Assembly (NCBI GenBank): GCA_001687465.1
Contig: LVLI01000192.1
Span: forward strand, 62,001-100,158
Direction: 5' to 3'
Source: Halocafeteria seosinensis
Taxonomy: Eukaryota
DNA: 38,158 nucleotides
Below the pieces are notes generated by a model. It was not told the origin of the DNA. It saw only the letters and a program-made list of their open reading frames with translations, and ran no database searches. Shown here piece after piece: positions 10,587-22,240 of the stretch. Positions within the stretch are counted from its first letter, which is position 1, and every line of letters starts with the position of its first letter. A program made the position numbers and the translations under genes.

Positions 10587-13500
10587 ATGTCAGAGGAAGC
10601 AAAGAAGGACAACCAGACAGTCCCCACACTAGGGGGACAAACGAAAAATAGTGAAGCTTCAGGAGATACAACTGAATCGGAGAGAAAGAAAAGCACGAAT
10701 GCACCGTCTGCAACACCTCAGCGGACCCACACAGTCGACATTCAGGCCGTCAGTCAACGATCATTGCTCCGATTGAGCCCCGAGCAGCACTCCAACAGTC
10801 CTGCTAGGCGCCGTGACGAGCAGGGAAAGAAGAAAGATGACGACGTTACTGTAGACAGGGGGAGCGACAAAGAACAAAAGGATGGCACACAAGTGGCCCA
10901 ACACAAAGAACCTCAGCGCTACAATGATCTCACTCCGGATGAATACAAGCCACCAAATCCCGTGCTTGATTGGCTCAAGTTCCAGTGGTACGATATCCGA
11001 CGGTTCACTTGGTTTCCTGATACATACGACCCGAACAAAAAGTACACTCCCGAAAAACCCTTTCGATTGGGCATACCGCAAAATTATTGCGGCCTCTACA
11101 AGCACTTAGCTTTCCTTCCGGAAAATATCATCCCTCCTTCACGGTGGACTCACATTAAGCGAAGTATGATTAAACTCGGAGTTTCGGAATACAATCTTCG
11201 CAAACTGTTCATTGAGTTTTGTGATCCAAACGATACCGCTGGTGGTATGGTGAAAATCAATTACATTATACGCCAGTTCGAGGCCCACGAGAGAAGACTA
11301 TTTCGTATGCTAGTGTCAGCTATTTCAAAAACTGACAATAGAAGTGGCGTGGCTCCTGATCGTATACCCTTTGAAGAAGCTGTTTTCGCCCTATTGGAAT
11401 TTTGCTCCTTGGACATGTACAGCCTAATGATTCAGTTTGTTTCCTCTGTTGCAAAAGTTGAAACCCTCAATGTTGCCCTTGTCCGGGCACTTATTCGATA
11501 CCTATGGAATGACAATCTAGATGATTTTACACGCGCGATACTGAAGCGGTTAGCCAGTCCAGAGGCGAAACCGAATCATTCTCTGGCAGCATTTGTTCAT
11601 TTGGGCATCAGATACCCTGTGTTGGTATATCCATTGATTGGCCTGCAACGTAGTTTACAGAGAAAGATCTTAGGGTTGAAATTTTGGAGGGCAAACCATG
11701 CAGAGCGCCATAGTCAGCTTCTTCCTTTTACGTTCATGTACGCTGAGTACAAAATGCTGACTGCCCGTGTGATTATGCTAGAGATGGTTTCTTCAGAAGC
11801 TCGTCCATTCCAGTTCGGCTCACTACGAACTGCGACATACAAGCACGACAACAATATAAAACCAGCTTACCGGAGAAGTAGCATAGGTATCGGAAAAGAA
11901 AGAGAATCAATTCAATCTTCATTAGAAGGAGGTCGCTCAGCTTCCGGATTCGGATTACTCCATAGGCCTGAGGACATTAAATGGCAACGGAGACTGTACG
12001 GAAAACTGCCGGAACGACACCGAAAACAAGAACAAGCGTCCATGCGCGAGCTGTCTTTAGAAGATTCCGGGAAACTCCAATCGTCCCAACAAGGGGTGAC
12101 TGGAATGTGGAATAGTGTAGTCGACAAACTGGCAGAAATGACGGAACCGATTCGGGTCTGGATGGAACAAGAGTTGTTGATGCGTCCAAAGAGCGAAGCC
12201 GAGAGACGACTTATTACTCGCAGGGACCGCAGAGAGAAACGGCGCCAGGCTCGATTACGGGGAAAAAAACGCAAGCGAAGGAAAACACCGGAAGACACTA
12301 GTGTGCAATCAACTCAAAGCTTGATGAGCAAATCTCACCAATCGCTTTCGCGGTTGAGTCCCCAAGGAAGACGCTATTCAAGTGAGAAAGGTTTGACTCC
12401 GCATCTGGACGATTCTACCGATAGTAGCGAGGAAGAAGAGAAAGTCAAAGTCTACGCAGAAGAAAACGAGGGTGGTGCTTCTATCACTGTTCGACGAGGC
12501 ACATCTACCAAGAATGTAGACCAATCCGTAAGAAGTATTCTGAAGTCTGCAGGTAGTGGCAAAGATTCTTCGGGGCAAGATGCGTCTTCGGGGCGCCAAC
12601 TGCTTCATAGCTCAGGAGCACCACTTTACGGGCTTAGGCAAGAGTCTTTTCTTGTTCTAAAAGACGGTGGGACAAGGGAAACAAAAACTCCGACCGAAAG
12701 GTTGTTGAGCGCGGAGAACAAGAGAAGCAAGACATCAAGATCTTCCACCGGATTAGGCATCACTGGTTTCGACAGTGTATCAGAACAATTCATGCAAAGC
12801 ACCGATATGGTTCCGATGGATTCACAGCTTGATCTACCCGGAGTGACAGAGTCTGGTTGGTGGACAGCTCGGTCGAAACCAAAGAGTTCCACACAAGTGA
12901 AATATGAAGATATGAAATACGACGGCGAAAGCAAACCATCAACCGAAGAGAGCAACGTCGAACATGCAGCTCCAGTAATGAACCTTAGTCTTGCCAAAGG
13001 ATACATTAAGAAAGTCCGAGAACTACCCATGTCTGAAAAGGTATAGTGCAATTAAACATGCTCCTTTAGTGCAAGCTTGATAAGTTTCTGTTGCTTGTTC
13101 AGATCCGCTTAGGATATATTGATCCTTACAAGGATATTGACGAATCGGTCCTGGAACACGATTCTGAGGAGGAACTCGATGATCCAACGAAGCAGAAGCG
13201 AAGAGAGCACGACGCCAAACACCAGGAAGCCCAGCTGCAATTGAGAGAGCTGGGTATAAATGCTGAGGACGCGGAAGGACTCTTTAGTGAGAATGGCGAA
13301 CTTCTTTTGGAGAAACTTAATGCGACACAACTCGAAGATTTACTCCAGAATGCGGCCATAATGAGCATAAGCTCCGATTACGAACGAGCAAAAATCCGTG
13401 CAATGCTGCATGAGCGCCGGAAAGAGGAACAGGGAGATAAGTACATGAGAATCAGGCTAACCCCAGGATCTATTAGAGCTACAGCTTCCCTAGCTTTTGC

Positions 13501-15224
13501 TTTCTATGCCAACATGGTGGTCTTGAAGGAACGAAAAAACAGGGAAGGAAAAGTTGCGTACTCCAGACCGCTGGGTGAGCTGTTACCCACCCAGACCAGT
13601 TTTCAAAGGAATAACAAACCTCCGTACGATGCAAAATTGAATTCCAACTCTTTGCAAATAGCTCGCATTGTGGTCCTGCATGCTTCGTCCGGATTGGGCC
13701 TGTATCCGGGAGTCGTGAAAACTCGCTGCCTCTACACTGGAGTCTTGATCTCGGAAGATCAAGAAGCAGATTATGAAATGCCAAAAGAGGATAGCAAAGT
13801 GGTAGAAGAACCAAACAAAAATCAGGAGCTTGAAACATTGGCGTGGTTTGAGAGTAAAGAACGCAGAAAAATATATGAGCAAGGATACCACCCAGGACAG
13901 CGTCGAGAAATTCGAATTTGGTGGGTCACGAAGCTCGGGCTCAAACCGCTAATTTGCCCGTTGAATCCCTGTCTTCCAGGTGGATGTTGTAGTCCGAACG
14001 TGCGGAAGTCCATTGTTGGGTTCTGTAAAGCGTGCTACAACAAGAAGGAGTCTAGTGGTAAAACTGAAGAAGAGACTTCTGAAACCAGTGCGGCTCCTGT
14101 TGTTCCTGAACCCGAAAAAAAGTCAGTAAGCGTGATGGAGTCTTCTCTCCATACGGAATCGGCAACTTCGTGGCAAGGCAAAAGCAATGACAATGAAAAT
14201 ATTGCGTTAATGCATCCTGCGCAAAGACATCGTCGTGAGCCCACGGAGGGGTCGTCTGAGAACGTGACAGTTCCTTTGGCTGAAACGACTTCGAGCAGGA
14301 ACCAACAGTCGGACACAGAAGAATCGAAGTCCCAACTGCATGCGCAAACGACTCTGGAGAGCAACGGGACATCAGGAGGCGATACCAATAGGACGGATGG
14401 CACTGCTCCGGAGACTCAGCCTCAAAAAGTAAAATCGGGCATACTGCTTGACAAAGCCAATCAACATTCGAAGGACCCCAAGAAGGAACCAACGCCTAGA
14501 ACAGACATTGTACCATCAGGGAAGCCACCAACTGTACCAAAAGCAAGAGGAAACTTGGAGGAGTTATCTGAAGAAAAGCCGCTGAGTCAGTTATCCGCAT
14601 CAAAAAGCAAGCTAAGCTTGCAACATGCAGAGATGAAGAGCAGGTTGTCGCTGCATCATCCTATGATTTTCCCACAATCTACTCCGAAGCCAAAGCAAAG
14701 AAGGCCTATAACGGAGCCAAAGCAATTCAATACAGGATTTTGCGAAGAGTAAGTCATACATTATGCAATTTAAATGTTGTACAATTTAGAAAGCACAGTA
14801 GTAAGCTGTAAACTATTTATTCAACTAGCAGAGCGGACGAATACATCTACCGATGCTTGGCTGACGCTCTTGGATACCGCTTCGCTACTATGATAATGGA
14901 AGCTGCCAAGGCTCCTCCAGCTCGTACAGATGTTGTTAAAGAGGAACACCACATGGCTATCAGTACCGAGCAAGGCCTCCGGAATCCACGGAAGTTCTTG
15001 GGCAGCAAGAGCGGCTACTTATTCGAGGAAGATGTGTGGATCGAGGTAAGCGTTACCGGTACACGGCGCGCATCTGCCGCCTACTTATACTTCTTCCTAT
15101 ATCGCAGCTGTATGATGATTTTGAACAAGAGTTTTTCTACTACAATTTAGCCACGGCTGACAGTCAATGGTCTCAGCCTAAACAGTACCGGACTTACGAA
15201 ATTACCCCTAGAGATTTCTACTAA
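10587..15224 (+). CDS. Large uncharacterised protein (~1477 aa, 4 exons): degenerate EF-hand-like helical domain, long disordered regions, Cys cluster, C-terminal WW domain
   Basis: Four track ORFs join in frame through introns 13041-13102, 14749-14828 (tandem TAG/CAG acceptor) and 15046-15107. Splicing gives the WW domain VWIE|LYDDFEQEFFYYNLATADSQWSQP. The segment YPLIGLQRSLQRKILGLKFW follows a helical region resembling uncharacterised protist EF-hand-like proteins (from memory, not searched). Confidence 0.7.
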
Positions 15225-17742
15225 TTTTAAGTTCCTTTTCCAACTCTCTATATACATGAGAGTCCGCTTGGGCATTCTCGTCACACTGAACACTTCTTAA
15301 GCGCTTATACAGTTTGGATATAGATCTATCGCCCTGGGCCTGCAAGTGCCCAATAAGTCGACTGAAAGGCCGTGAAGCATAGCTAGTGCTCGATAAAATT
15401 TGCAGGCTATCGTGGAAAATGTATAGAGCGCTGCATATGTAGCTGACAGTTTTCTTGGGTTTCCTTGAACGTGTACGTCCAGATAATTTTTTCAATTCCT
15501 TACTGCCTTTTGAGAGGTTCTCCACAGAGCCCCTGAGAGCTTCAATCGCTAAAAGCACCTCTTCAAGTAACGGGGGTTCGGACATCATCACGGAATCTGT
15601 CCTAACAGAGTGTGAACCATACATTATTCCGGTCGACCTAGCAGCCCTTTGAGGACTAGAAAAATTCTCTGGGGAAAGACTCAAGCGTCCTGCGCGTTTG
15701 TTTTTATAAGCACCGTTGTCGAAAGCCTTCTTGTGTTCGGAGATTACACTTAGAGAATTTTCCAGAAGTTGTTCTATGTTCATGGGAACCGAGATACGGT
15801 CGTCCCTTCTCTGGAATTTCGGTCCAGTTTTGCAGTGTTTAAAGGAAGTCGGTGCCGAAGCCCTACCACTGACTTGATCTGAACCTCGTGGGGTAGGCGG
15901 CGACGAACATATCCGTCCGCCACAACTGCTGAAGGGATCCATAGGGCTGGAAGAGGGTGCAGTTGCCGAAAAGCGATTTTCTTTCGGGTGGTCTTCATCC
16001 TCAGTGGAACTCGCATACCAACCAGAAGCGCATGCGTTATGTTTGCTGGCTGATTGATCGTCTGCCGGACTATCTGCTGGCCAATCAACTCTTGTTCCAC
16101 TGTCGTCTCCCGAAGGTGCCGGCTGCTCTGGGGAATCAGAACTGTGACCAATTACATCACGTCTAGTATTGCTAGTGAACGTGCTGTCTAAAGGTGAGGA
16201 CCATCCTTCTTCTAAATTCGCCCTCTCTTGCTCCGCTCCCACCGAGGTATTGCTCTGATGAATGGAAGCACGAGACACAGGCGATGGAGGCTGTCCGCAT
16301 GAAATTGTGCCCGCTGTGGCCGGAACCCGTCCAACCATGCACACTCGTCGGTTTTGTCTTCCAAGGGTTCTTGTTTCTTGTGGTAGTCCTTTTCGGTCAG
16401 GGAGTATAGAATGCGAAATTGGCCTTTCAAGTTGCAAGGACGGAGAAACATGTGAGCATGTATGAAGCTTCATTATCGCGCTGTAATAGTTGTTATTGGA
16501 GACCGATTCGTGAACGGTCAGAGGGCTAGAGCTTTCATCATCACGCCCTGGTTGCTCCCCGACTGTTCTTGGGCCAAAATTTGGCCGATGTCGTCGAAGA
16601 AAATGATCAATACCATGTCTTGCATACCTTGCACCGGATAAGCCGTCAGGCTGCGTCTCCTCTGTATCACTGGAACAAAAGATAGAAGGCTCAAGCGCCG
16701 ATCCTCCACGAGCATATGGTGATGCATTCTGCGAGCCGAAGCTGTCATCAAGCTGTTGCTGAGTGAAGGTCCTCCATCCTCCCGAGGTAGTGTGCGATGC
16801 CCTTGTCTCTTCTTGTGGGTCACGAAGTTGATTCCCAGAAGATAAATCTCGTTTTCGAGCATCCAGTACTTCAGAGTATTCCTCATTTACTGTGCTACGT
16901 ATCCCTGGAAGCAGGTCCTTGTCCACCCTCCCACTCGCTGTTGGCTCAATAGGGGAGTGAGTTGGGCACTGAGGGGCTCTCCTGTATAGATGCGCTTTGT
17001 TACTTACAACCGTCGTAGCAGAGCCGTCGCTACGTTCTGATACATACGCTTGACATTTCGAGTTGGGTGCACCCCAAGAACCGTGGCGAGACTCTGTGCT
17101 CGCCGGATGTGTTTTCTGATATTCGTCGCCGTATGTCATATCACCCGAAGTTATTTCAGCAGCAGTACCGCATACGTCTCTAAAGTGCTGTTGCTGCATA
17201 TTTCCGGAGGCGTGACAGCTTGCGGTCGTCTGTGTGCGTATCTCCTGCGGAAGTTCTGGTGAAGTCTGATTTGAATTTGTATCTCCCCCAATAATTCTTT
17301 CGTAGCTTCCCGTAGAGATCGACGAGTCATCATCATCCATTTCTTCAAAAAACGCGTCCTCTTCTCCGCCAATATAGTTGCCTTCACTATCCACATACGA
17401 TGCACGGCGTCTTATATAAGAGGAAGAACCACATGATAACGTGGTATCATACGATGATACGAAAACGCGGTTCACACTCTCTTCTCTATCCTCGTCTCCA
17501 CTCTCTCTTTCGGATAGACTGATATCTACAGTTCGTATCTTGGCTATAGAATCTGAAAATGTGCTCTCTGGGTCATGGGGGACCTCTTGAGAGCTGTCAT
17601 TGGACACAGACGTCTCAAAAATCGCCGTTTTTGACTTCCATGGCATTGGCGCGTCGACGTCATTATCGCTATCATGTTCCCCCTGATCCTCGTCCGACTC
17701 CGACGATATAGAGTATGTTTTCAACCTTATTTCCTCCTCCAT
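15208..17742 (-). CDS. Uncharacterised Ser/acidic low-complexity protein with a short C-terminal coiled coil (~810-844 aa)
   Basis: 844-codon ORF starting at ATG 17742. A probable 108-nt in-frame intron lies at 15447-15340 (GTCAGC..ttgcAG). Helical C-terminal segment LLEEVLLAIEALRGSVENLSKGSKELKKL. No recognised domain. Confidence 0.6.
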   Translation of the reverse strand: MEEEIRLKTYSISSESDEDQGEHDSDNDVDAPMPWKSKTAIFETSVSNDSSQEVPHDPESTFSDSIAKIRTVDISLSERESGDEDREESVNRVFVSSYDTTLSCGSSSYIRRRASYVDSEGNYIGGEEDAFFEEMDDDDSSISTGSYERIIGGDTNSNQTSPELPQEIRTQTTASCHASGNMQQQHFRDVCGTAAEITSGDMTYGDEYQKTHPASTESRHGSWGAPNSKCQAYVSERSDGSATTVVSNKAHLYRRAPQCPTHSPIEPTASGRVDKDLLPGIRSTVNEEYSEVLDARKRDLSSGNQLRDPQEETRASHTTSGGWRTFTQQQLDDSFGSQNASPYARGGSALEPSIFCSSDTEETQPDGLSGARYARHGIDHFLRRHRPNFGPRTVGEQPGRDDESSSPLTVHESVSNNNYYSAIMKLHTCSHVSPSLQLERPISHSILPDRKGLPQETRTLGRQNRRVCMVGRVPATAGTISCGQPPSPVSRASIHQSNTSVGAEQERANLEEGWSSPLDSTFTSNTRRDVIGHSSDSPEQPAPSGDDSGTRVDWPADSPADDQSASKHNACASGWYASSTEDEDHPKENRFSATAPSSSPMDPFSSCGGRICSSPPTPRGSDQVSGRASAPTSFKHCKTGPKFQRRDDRISVPMNIEQLLENSLSVISEHKKAFDNGAYKNKRAGRLSLSPENFSSPQRAARSTGIMYGSHSVRTDSVMMSEPPLLEEVLLAIEALRGSVENLSKGSKELKKLSGRTRSRKPKKTVSYICSALYIFHDSLQILSSTSYASRPFSRLIGHLQAQGDRSISKLYKRLRSVQCDENAQADSHVYRELEKELKISRNL

Positions 17743-18922
17743 TATATGCTGATAGATAGTGTATATGTCACCTAAATGCGCTACAAAGCCATCTTCATCA
17801 TGATTCTGTATGTTTGAAATCTAAGTGAACGAAAACATTGCTCGATCGCATGGATTGAGGCTCATTGAGCGGGGGAGTCATCAATAAAGTAGAAGCAAAG
17901 TACCTAGAACGACAACGAGTAAGCGAGTGTGCATGTATCGTCAACAAGAAGAATAGCCAGAATGGGGGAACAGCTGGACGGGCTGTGGGCCCCAGTGTGG
18001 GCAGAAGCGGAGAAGATGAAGCGGACGAAATACGGACATCTGAGGGACCACCACAAGGAAATTCCCCCGTTTGCGATAGAGGCAACGGCGCGACTGCGTG
18101 GAAGACGCGATCAAGAATTGCGAGGACTCCCAGTAAGAGGCGCACAAGGATCCCTATTAGGATTCCCTAACAGAAGAGGAGAAAAATCGATGGAAATCGA
18201 AGTTACAATGTTATACCATATTATGTATGGTAGTAGTGTACATTATTATGGCCTACCGACTACGTAGAACTGATGTTGTGGCAGTCCCCGATTGCCGGAA
18301 AACACGGGATTCAAGTACATTCGGAAACTGATGATCGGCCAGTTCTCTTTAACGTTGCTGCACCAGATCACGAATGTGTATGCTGGATCCATTTCAGGAA
18401 GGGTTTCCACCTCGTAGCATGTACCACAAAGTAGACAAGATTTCGTCCTGAGAAGCAATCGCCACATGAAACCCCGACCAAAAGACAAAATATCTATGGT
18501 GTGCAAAATATCACCACAGATATGTTCTTTTATTGCTCGCTCATATGGCATAGTTGAAGTCGGCATACCGGTAGCGTTTACAGATCGTACGTTTCGGGTG
18601 GCGACCTGTAAATTAATACCTGTCTGCGATCCCCACGACGTTGAAGTTAATGCCAATGTGGTCGCCTACAGCCGTAGAGAGGGATTCCAATTTAATGTTT
18701 TGACATTATAGTAACTTTGACGTGCATGTATATACCCACGACTTGGTTTCATGTGGGCTGCATGGAGTGCAGTTATCCAGGTGGTTCACGGACATCGATT
18801 TCTTTGTTGGGTTGGTTATTCACGATTCTCGCACATTGCAAGATCAAATATCTCGCTCATCCATGCGATTGGCGATCTTGAGCGCTTAATCTGGTAGCAG
18901 TGTGCTTAGAACCAAAACAACA

Positions 18923-20080
18923 ATGGTCGCGAAGGGAAAACTGTTTGGCTCAGCCGGAGTTGTGCTGCTTGTACTCGTCGCACGATGGGCAAGCATGTCC
19001 CGCCGATTATATAAAACAGAAACAGGTAGATGGATGTCATCCTCTTCCCCGGAATCCCTACAGCAATCCACACATCAATCCATGGCAGATCATCATACGG
19101 GCGCGCGTACTATGAGTGCGAAACAAGCTCTTCAAAGCACCGGTGGTTCTGCTGTCGAACGCGAACCGAGAAACATTACAATACCCACCTCGGCAGAACG
19201 CACAAAACCGACCAGTCTGGACGAATTGACAAACAGTAGAGGTGATGAGCTTATTCCAAGGGCGTCACTGGGCAAAGGGAAGCCCGTAACGAACGAGTCT
19301 CAAATTCCAGAAATGACAATCGCAACAGCTCTGAACCAGAAATTAATGACAGTAGTATCAGGATATTTCGAGGTCCCCGGAATGCCGCACCACTCTGCTA
19401 GTTATTTCATGAGAAGCATACCTAGCACTCTACGATGGCTACGGCAAAATGGTGCTAACATAGTGTACTACCATAACTTGGACTTGAGGAGCCATCCCCT
19501 GGGAAGAGTGTTTCAAAATAGTGGTGCAAAATTAAGAAAAGTTGAACTTGATAGGTTACCAGGAGCTAATGTTTCAAAAGATTTTCGTGAGCTTTGCATT
19601 CGTGGCCCAATCATCGGGAAGCGTGGGAATAAGTGCTACTACCTTCATCAGCGTTTGAACAAGTTTGACTCCTACTACCAGGTCCTTAGTGTATGGTTCT
19701 CAAAGCTACCGTTTTTGGACGCTGTTATTCGTGAAAACCCATTCCATTCTGTTTACTTTGGATGGTTTGATTGCGGGATCTTAAGCCGTCTGGGCCCCGG
19801 AATAGCCAGGCAACGACTCCGCCGAGACAGCGTGGGTACCCCTAGAAGCGTCATGCATTATGGGCCGGAGGTCAGACGAGTGGGCCACAGAATGGGTATT
19901 TTTGCAGGACCTGGACACAAAGTACAACAGATATATCGTTTGCATCGGCGTAAGATTCACAAAATCTTCCAGGAAAACGTGACCATGTGCTACGATGAAG
20001 AAATTGTCCTTGCGGAGCTTCTCCGGGATGAGGAACTGCAGAATGAAGCAGAGGGTATTGTTCATTACTTGAAGAAGTAA
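18923..20080 (+). CDS. HtrL/YibB-like putative glycosyltransferase-related type II membrane protein (385 aa, intronless)
   Basis: N-terminal hydrophobic anchor (AGVVLLVLVA) and a Thr/Ser-rich stem. Then TVVSGYF..S.YF, YYQVLSVWFSKLPFLDAVIRENPFHSVYFGWFDCG and CYDEEIVL, the motif order I recall for the HtrL_YibB family. Confidence 0.6.
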   Translation: MVAKGKLFGSAGVVLLVLVARWASMSRRLYKTETGRWMSSSSPESLQQSTHQSMADHHTGARTMSAKQALQSTGGSAVEREPRNITIPTSAERTKPTSLDELTNSRGDELIPRASLGKGKPVTNESQIPEMTIATALNQKLMTVVSGYFEVPGMPHHSASYFMRSIPSTLRWLRQNGANIVYYHNLDLRSHPLGRVFQNSGAKLRKVELDRLPGANVSKDFRELCIRGPIIGKRGNKCYYLHQRLNKFDSYYQVLSVWFSKLPFLDAVIRENPFHSVYFGWFDCGILSRLGPGIARQRLRRDSVGTPRSVMHYGPEVRRVGHRMGIFAGPGHKVQQIYRLHRRKIHKIFQENVTMCYDEEIVLAELLRDEELQNEAEGIVHYLKK

Positions 20081-20119
20081 CAACCATTTGGTGTTAAATC
20101 GTGCTGGGGAACAAGTCGT

Positions 20120-21862
20120 CTAGTATGAAATGCCCGTTGGGCAATGTTCCAGCTGCCACCAATACAAAATGGCCTCACCGAACGAATCATGAGAGGAAGA
20201 GAGCGCACGACTTGTCGACGTCAGACAGAGAGGTACGACTGGAATAAAGCAGCCGTGAACGTTCTCCACTCGCAATGGCTGGAATGAGCTCTTCGGATTG
20301 CACAGAATTGTGGTTGTCGACATATCCGAGGATGGCCCTTGACTTATGGTTTCTCGTGGGTAACTCCCACATGTGTATCAATGTTGCTCCTACCTTAAGC
20401 AGTCTGCTACCACTCGATACCGTACGGTGTGAACCTTCCCAAATCGTCCAAGCATCTTCCTGTTGTGGCGCATGTAACACTCCAGAGACACCTCGGTGCC
20501 AAGGGAACAGGCTACGCATTGCCACAGAGAACAACTCTCTTGCATGGTCCCCATATCCTCCGCGATAGTCGCCAGTCTCGCATTAGTCTCTTGAAGCTCC
20601 TTTGTTTCGTCGCTGATACATGACGGCGGCAAGGGACATCGATCCGTACTAAAATACTTCACAGCATCAGCGTAGGTTGCCGTACTGAAGTTAAGTCCGG
20701 CAGCAAAACGGTGCATTCTCTTGAACGGGTCTTGCTCAACCGACTCTGGTCCTAAGTTTGTCAAATTTAGCCCGCTGCTGGATTTTATGCCAACGGGCAC
20801 CCCGTTGATGGCGGCTTTCCTCCAGTTCCTCAACCTCTCCGTACTGTATTCGTGTACTGCAAAAAAATTGGGGTCGACAGTAGCCGCAGCTGTGCTAAAC
20901 GTGGCACCTTCCATAATTTTGATCTGGATGCCTATGGCGCAGATTTCTTTCTTTTCTGTCCCACGAACGACTTTTCATGCCAACGTTAGCACATTAAAAC
21001 CACATTCGTGAGACAAGAGATAGGAGAGTTTATCTAGGTGCCAACGGTACCGGTACTCCACAACACCACCCGGCAAACGACGACGAATGGCCCACCGGCA
21101 GCTGGATGTTAGCCGCTACACTTAGGTAGCAGCTGGCGCCCGTGTCTGGCAGCTACAGACCCGCTGTTCCACTAGCAGAGAGGCAGCATACACGAGTGAC
21201 TTCGAAGCATTGACACAGACTCGAACTTCAGTATCTGTGTCCGTCACATTCCATCGGACTCCGCATGGCTAGGTAGCAGTTCATTGCTTAATACGATTGG
21301 GAGGATATTGTTGTAAGTTTCCTCTTGCACGTATAAGTCAATTCGTGTAGCTTGCTCTTCGGTCTTAGAATTTCCATTGGACAATGGATTTCGCCGTAGC
21401 TTTCCGACAATTCGGGACGAGGAATCTTGCACGTGTTCATTTCTATGAAGATCCGTCTTAACTCCGCAATGATGTTTTCCTCGTCTTTAGTATACCGACA
21501 ATCATAATGATGTAGACACCGGGTTTGATGAATTCTTTATTCAGGGCCGAAGCCCGCGGCGAGTAAGATAATTCCGTCCGACTATTCTGCTCGTAGAGGA
21601 TTTGCTAGACCATATTTCAGCATGGGAATTGAATTGATTAAGAATCGGACGATACAGATCCCACACGGAAATACCGATCTCCGAGGCTTCGTTAGTGGTC
21701 GGCTCTGATACTATTGTTCGGTGTCGAAGGACGAATGCAGTTCTCACAAGAAGGAGGCAGGTAAGGAGGAAGAAGGCACCTTAGGATGACGACTTCCGTA
21801 CAACGTTGTTCTTGTCGTCGGGTTTGTGTGTACCGTGCCGGCCGAACTCCGTTCTGCATCAT
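20120..21862 (-). pseudogene. Possible decayed type II membrane protein gene (fragmented ORFs)
   Basis: ATG at 21862 gives MMQNGVRPARYTQTRRQEQRCTEVVIL. A frame change near 21782 then gives the TM-like GAFFLLTCLLLVRTAFVL. Stop- and frameshift-broken ORFs follow at 21747-21541, 21432-21244, 20914-20390 and 20323-20120. No clean splice model found. Confidence 0.3.
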
Positions 21863-22240
21863 ATCATGTATTCATTAACAGTTGTACACTGTATGTAGTC
21901 AGCATCCGAGTACAACTTGTGTAGTACATACTGTATGTGTAGTACAATCCGTGGCAGTAATGACTTTCGAGTGCTCAACACTTCGGAATTCATACGCACC
22001 TAACTTTTTACATTCGTTTTAGTGCACAATTACGACCCGATGTGATATCCCTTTCCAGCGGAATTTACTTTCCTGGTGGTACCAAGTAGCTTGGGATTCT
22101 AGGTTTGGGAACCGGTCGCAGGCGACTCGTGCAATACATTGTACATCCATCAAATCTTTGATACACATTAAAAAAAAAGAAGAAAAAATAGATTCGCGTT
22201 ACTCTTTCATTGTCTCTGTGTATGTCTATTGGAGGTGAAA

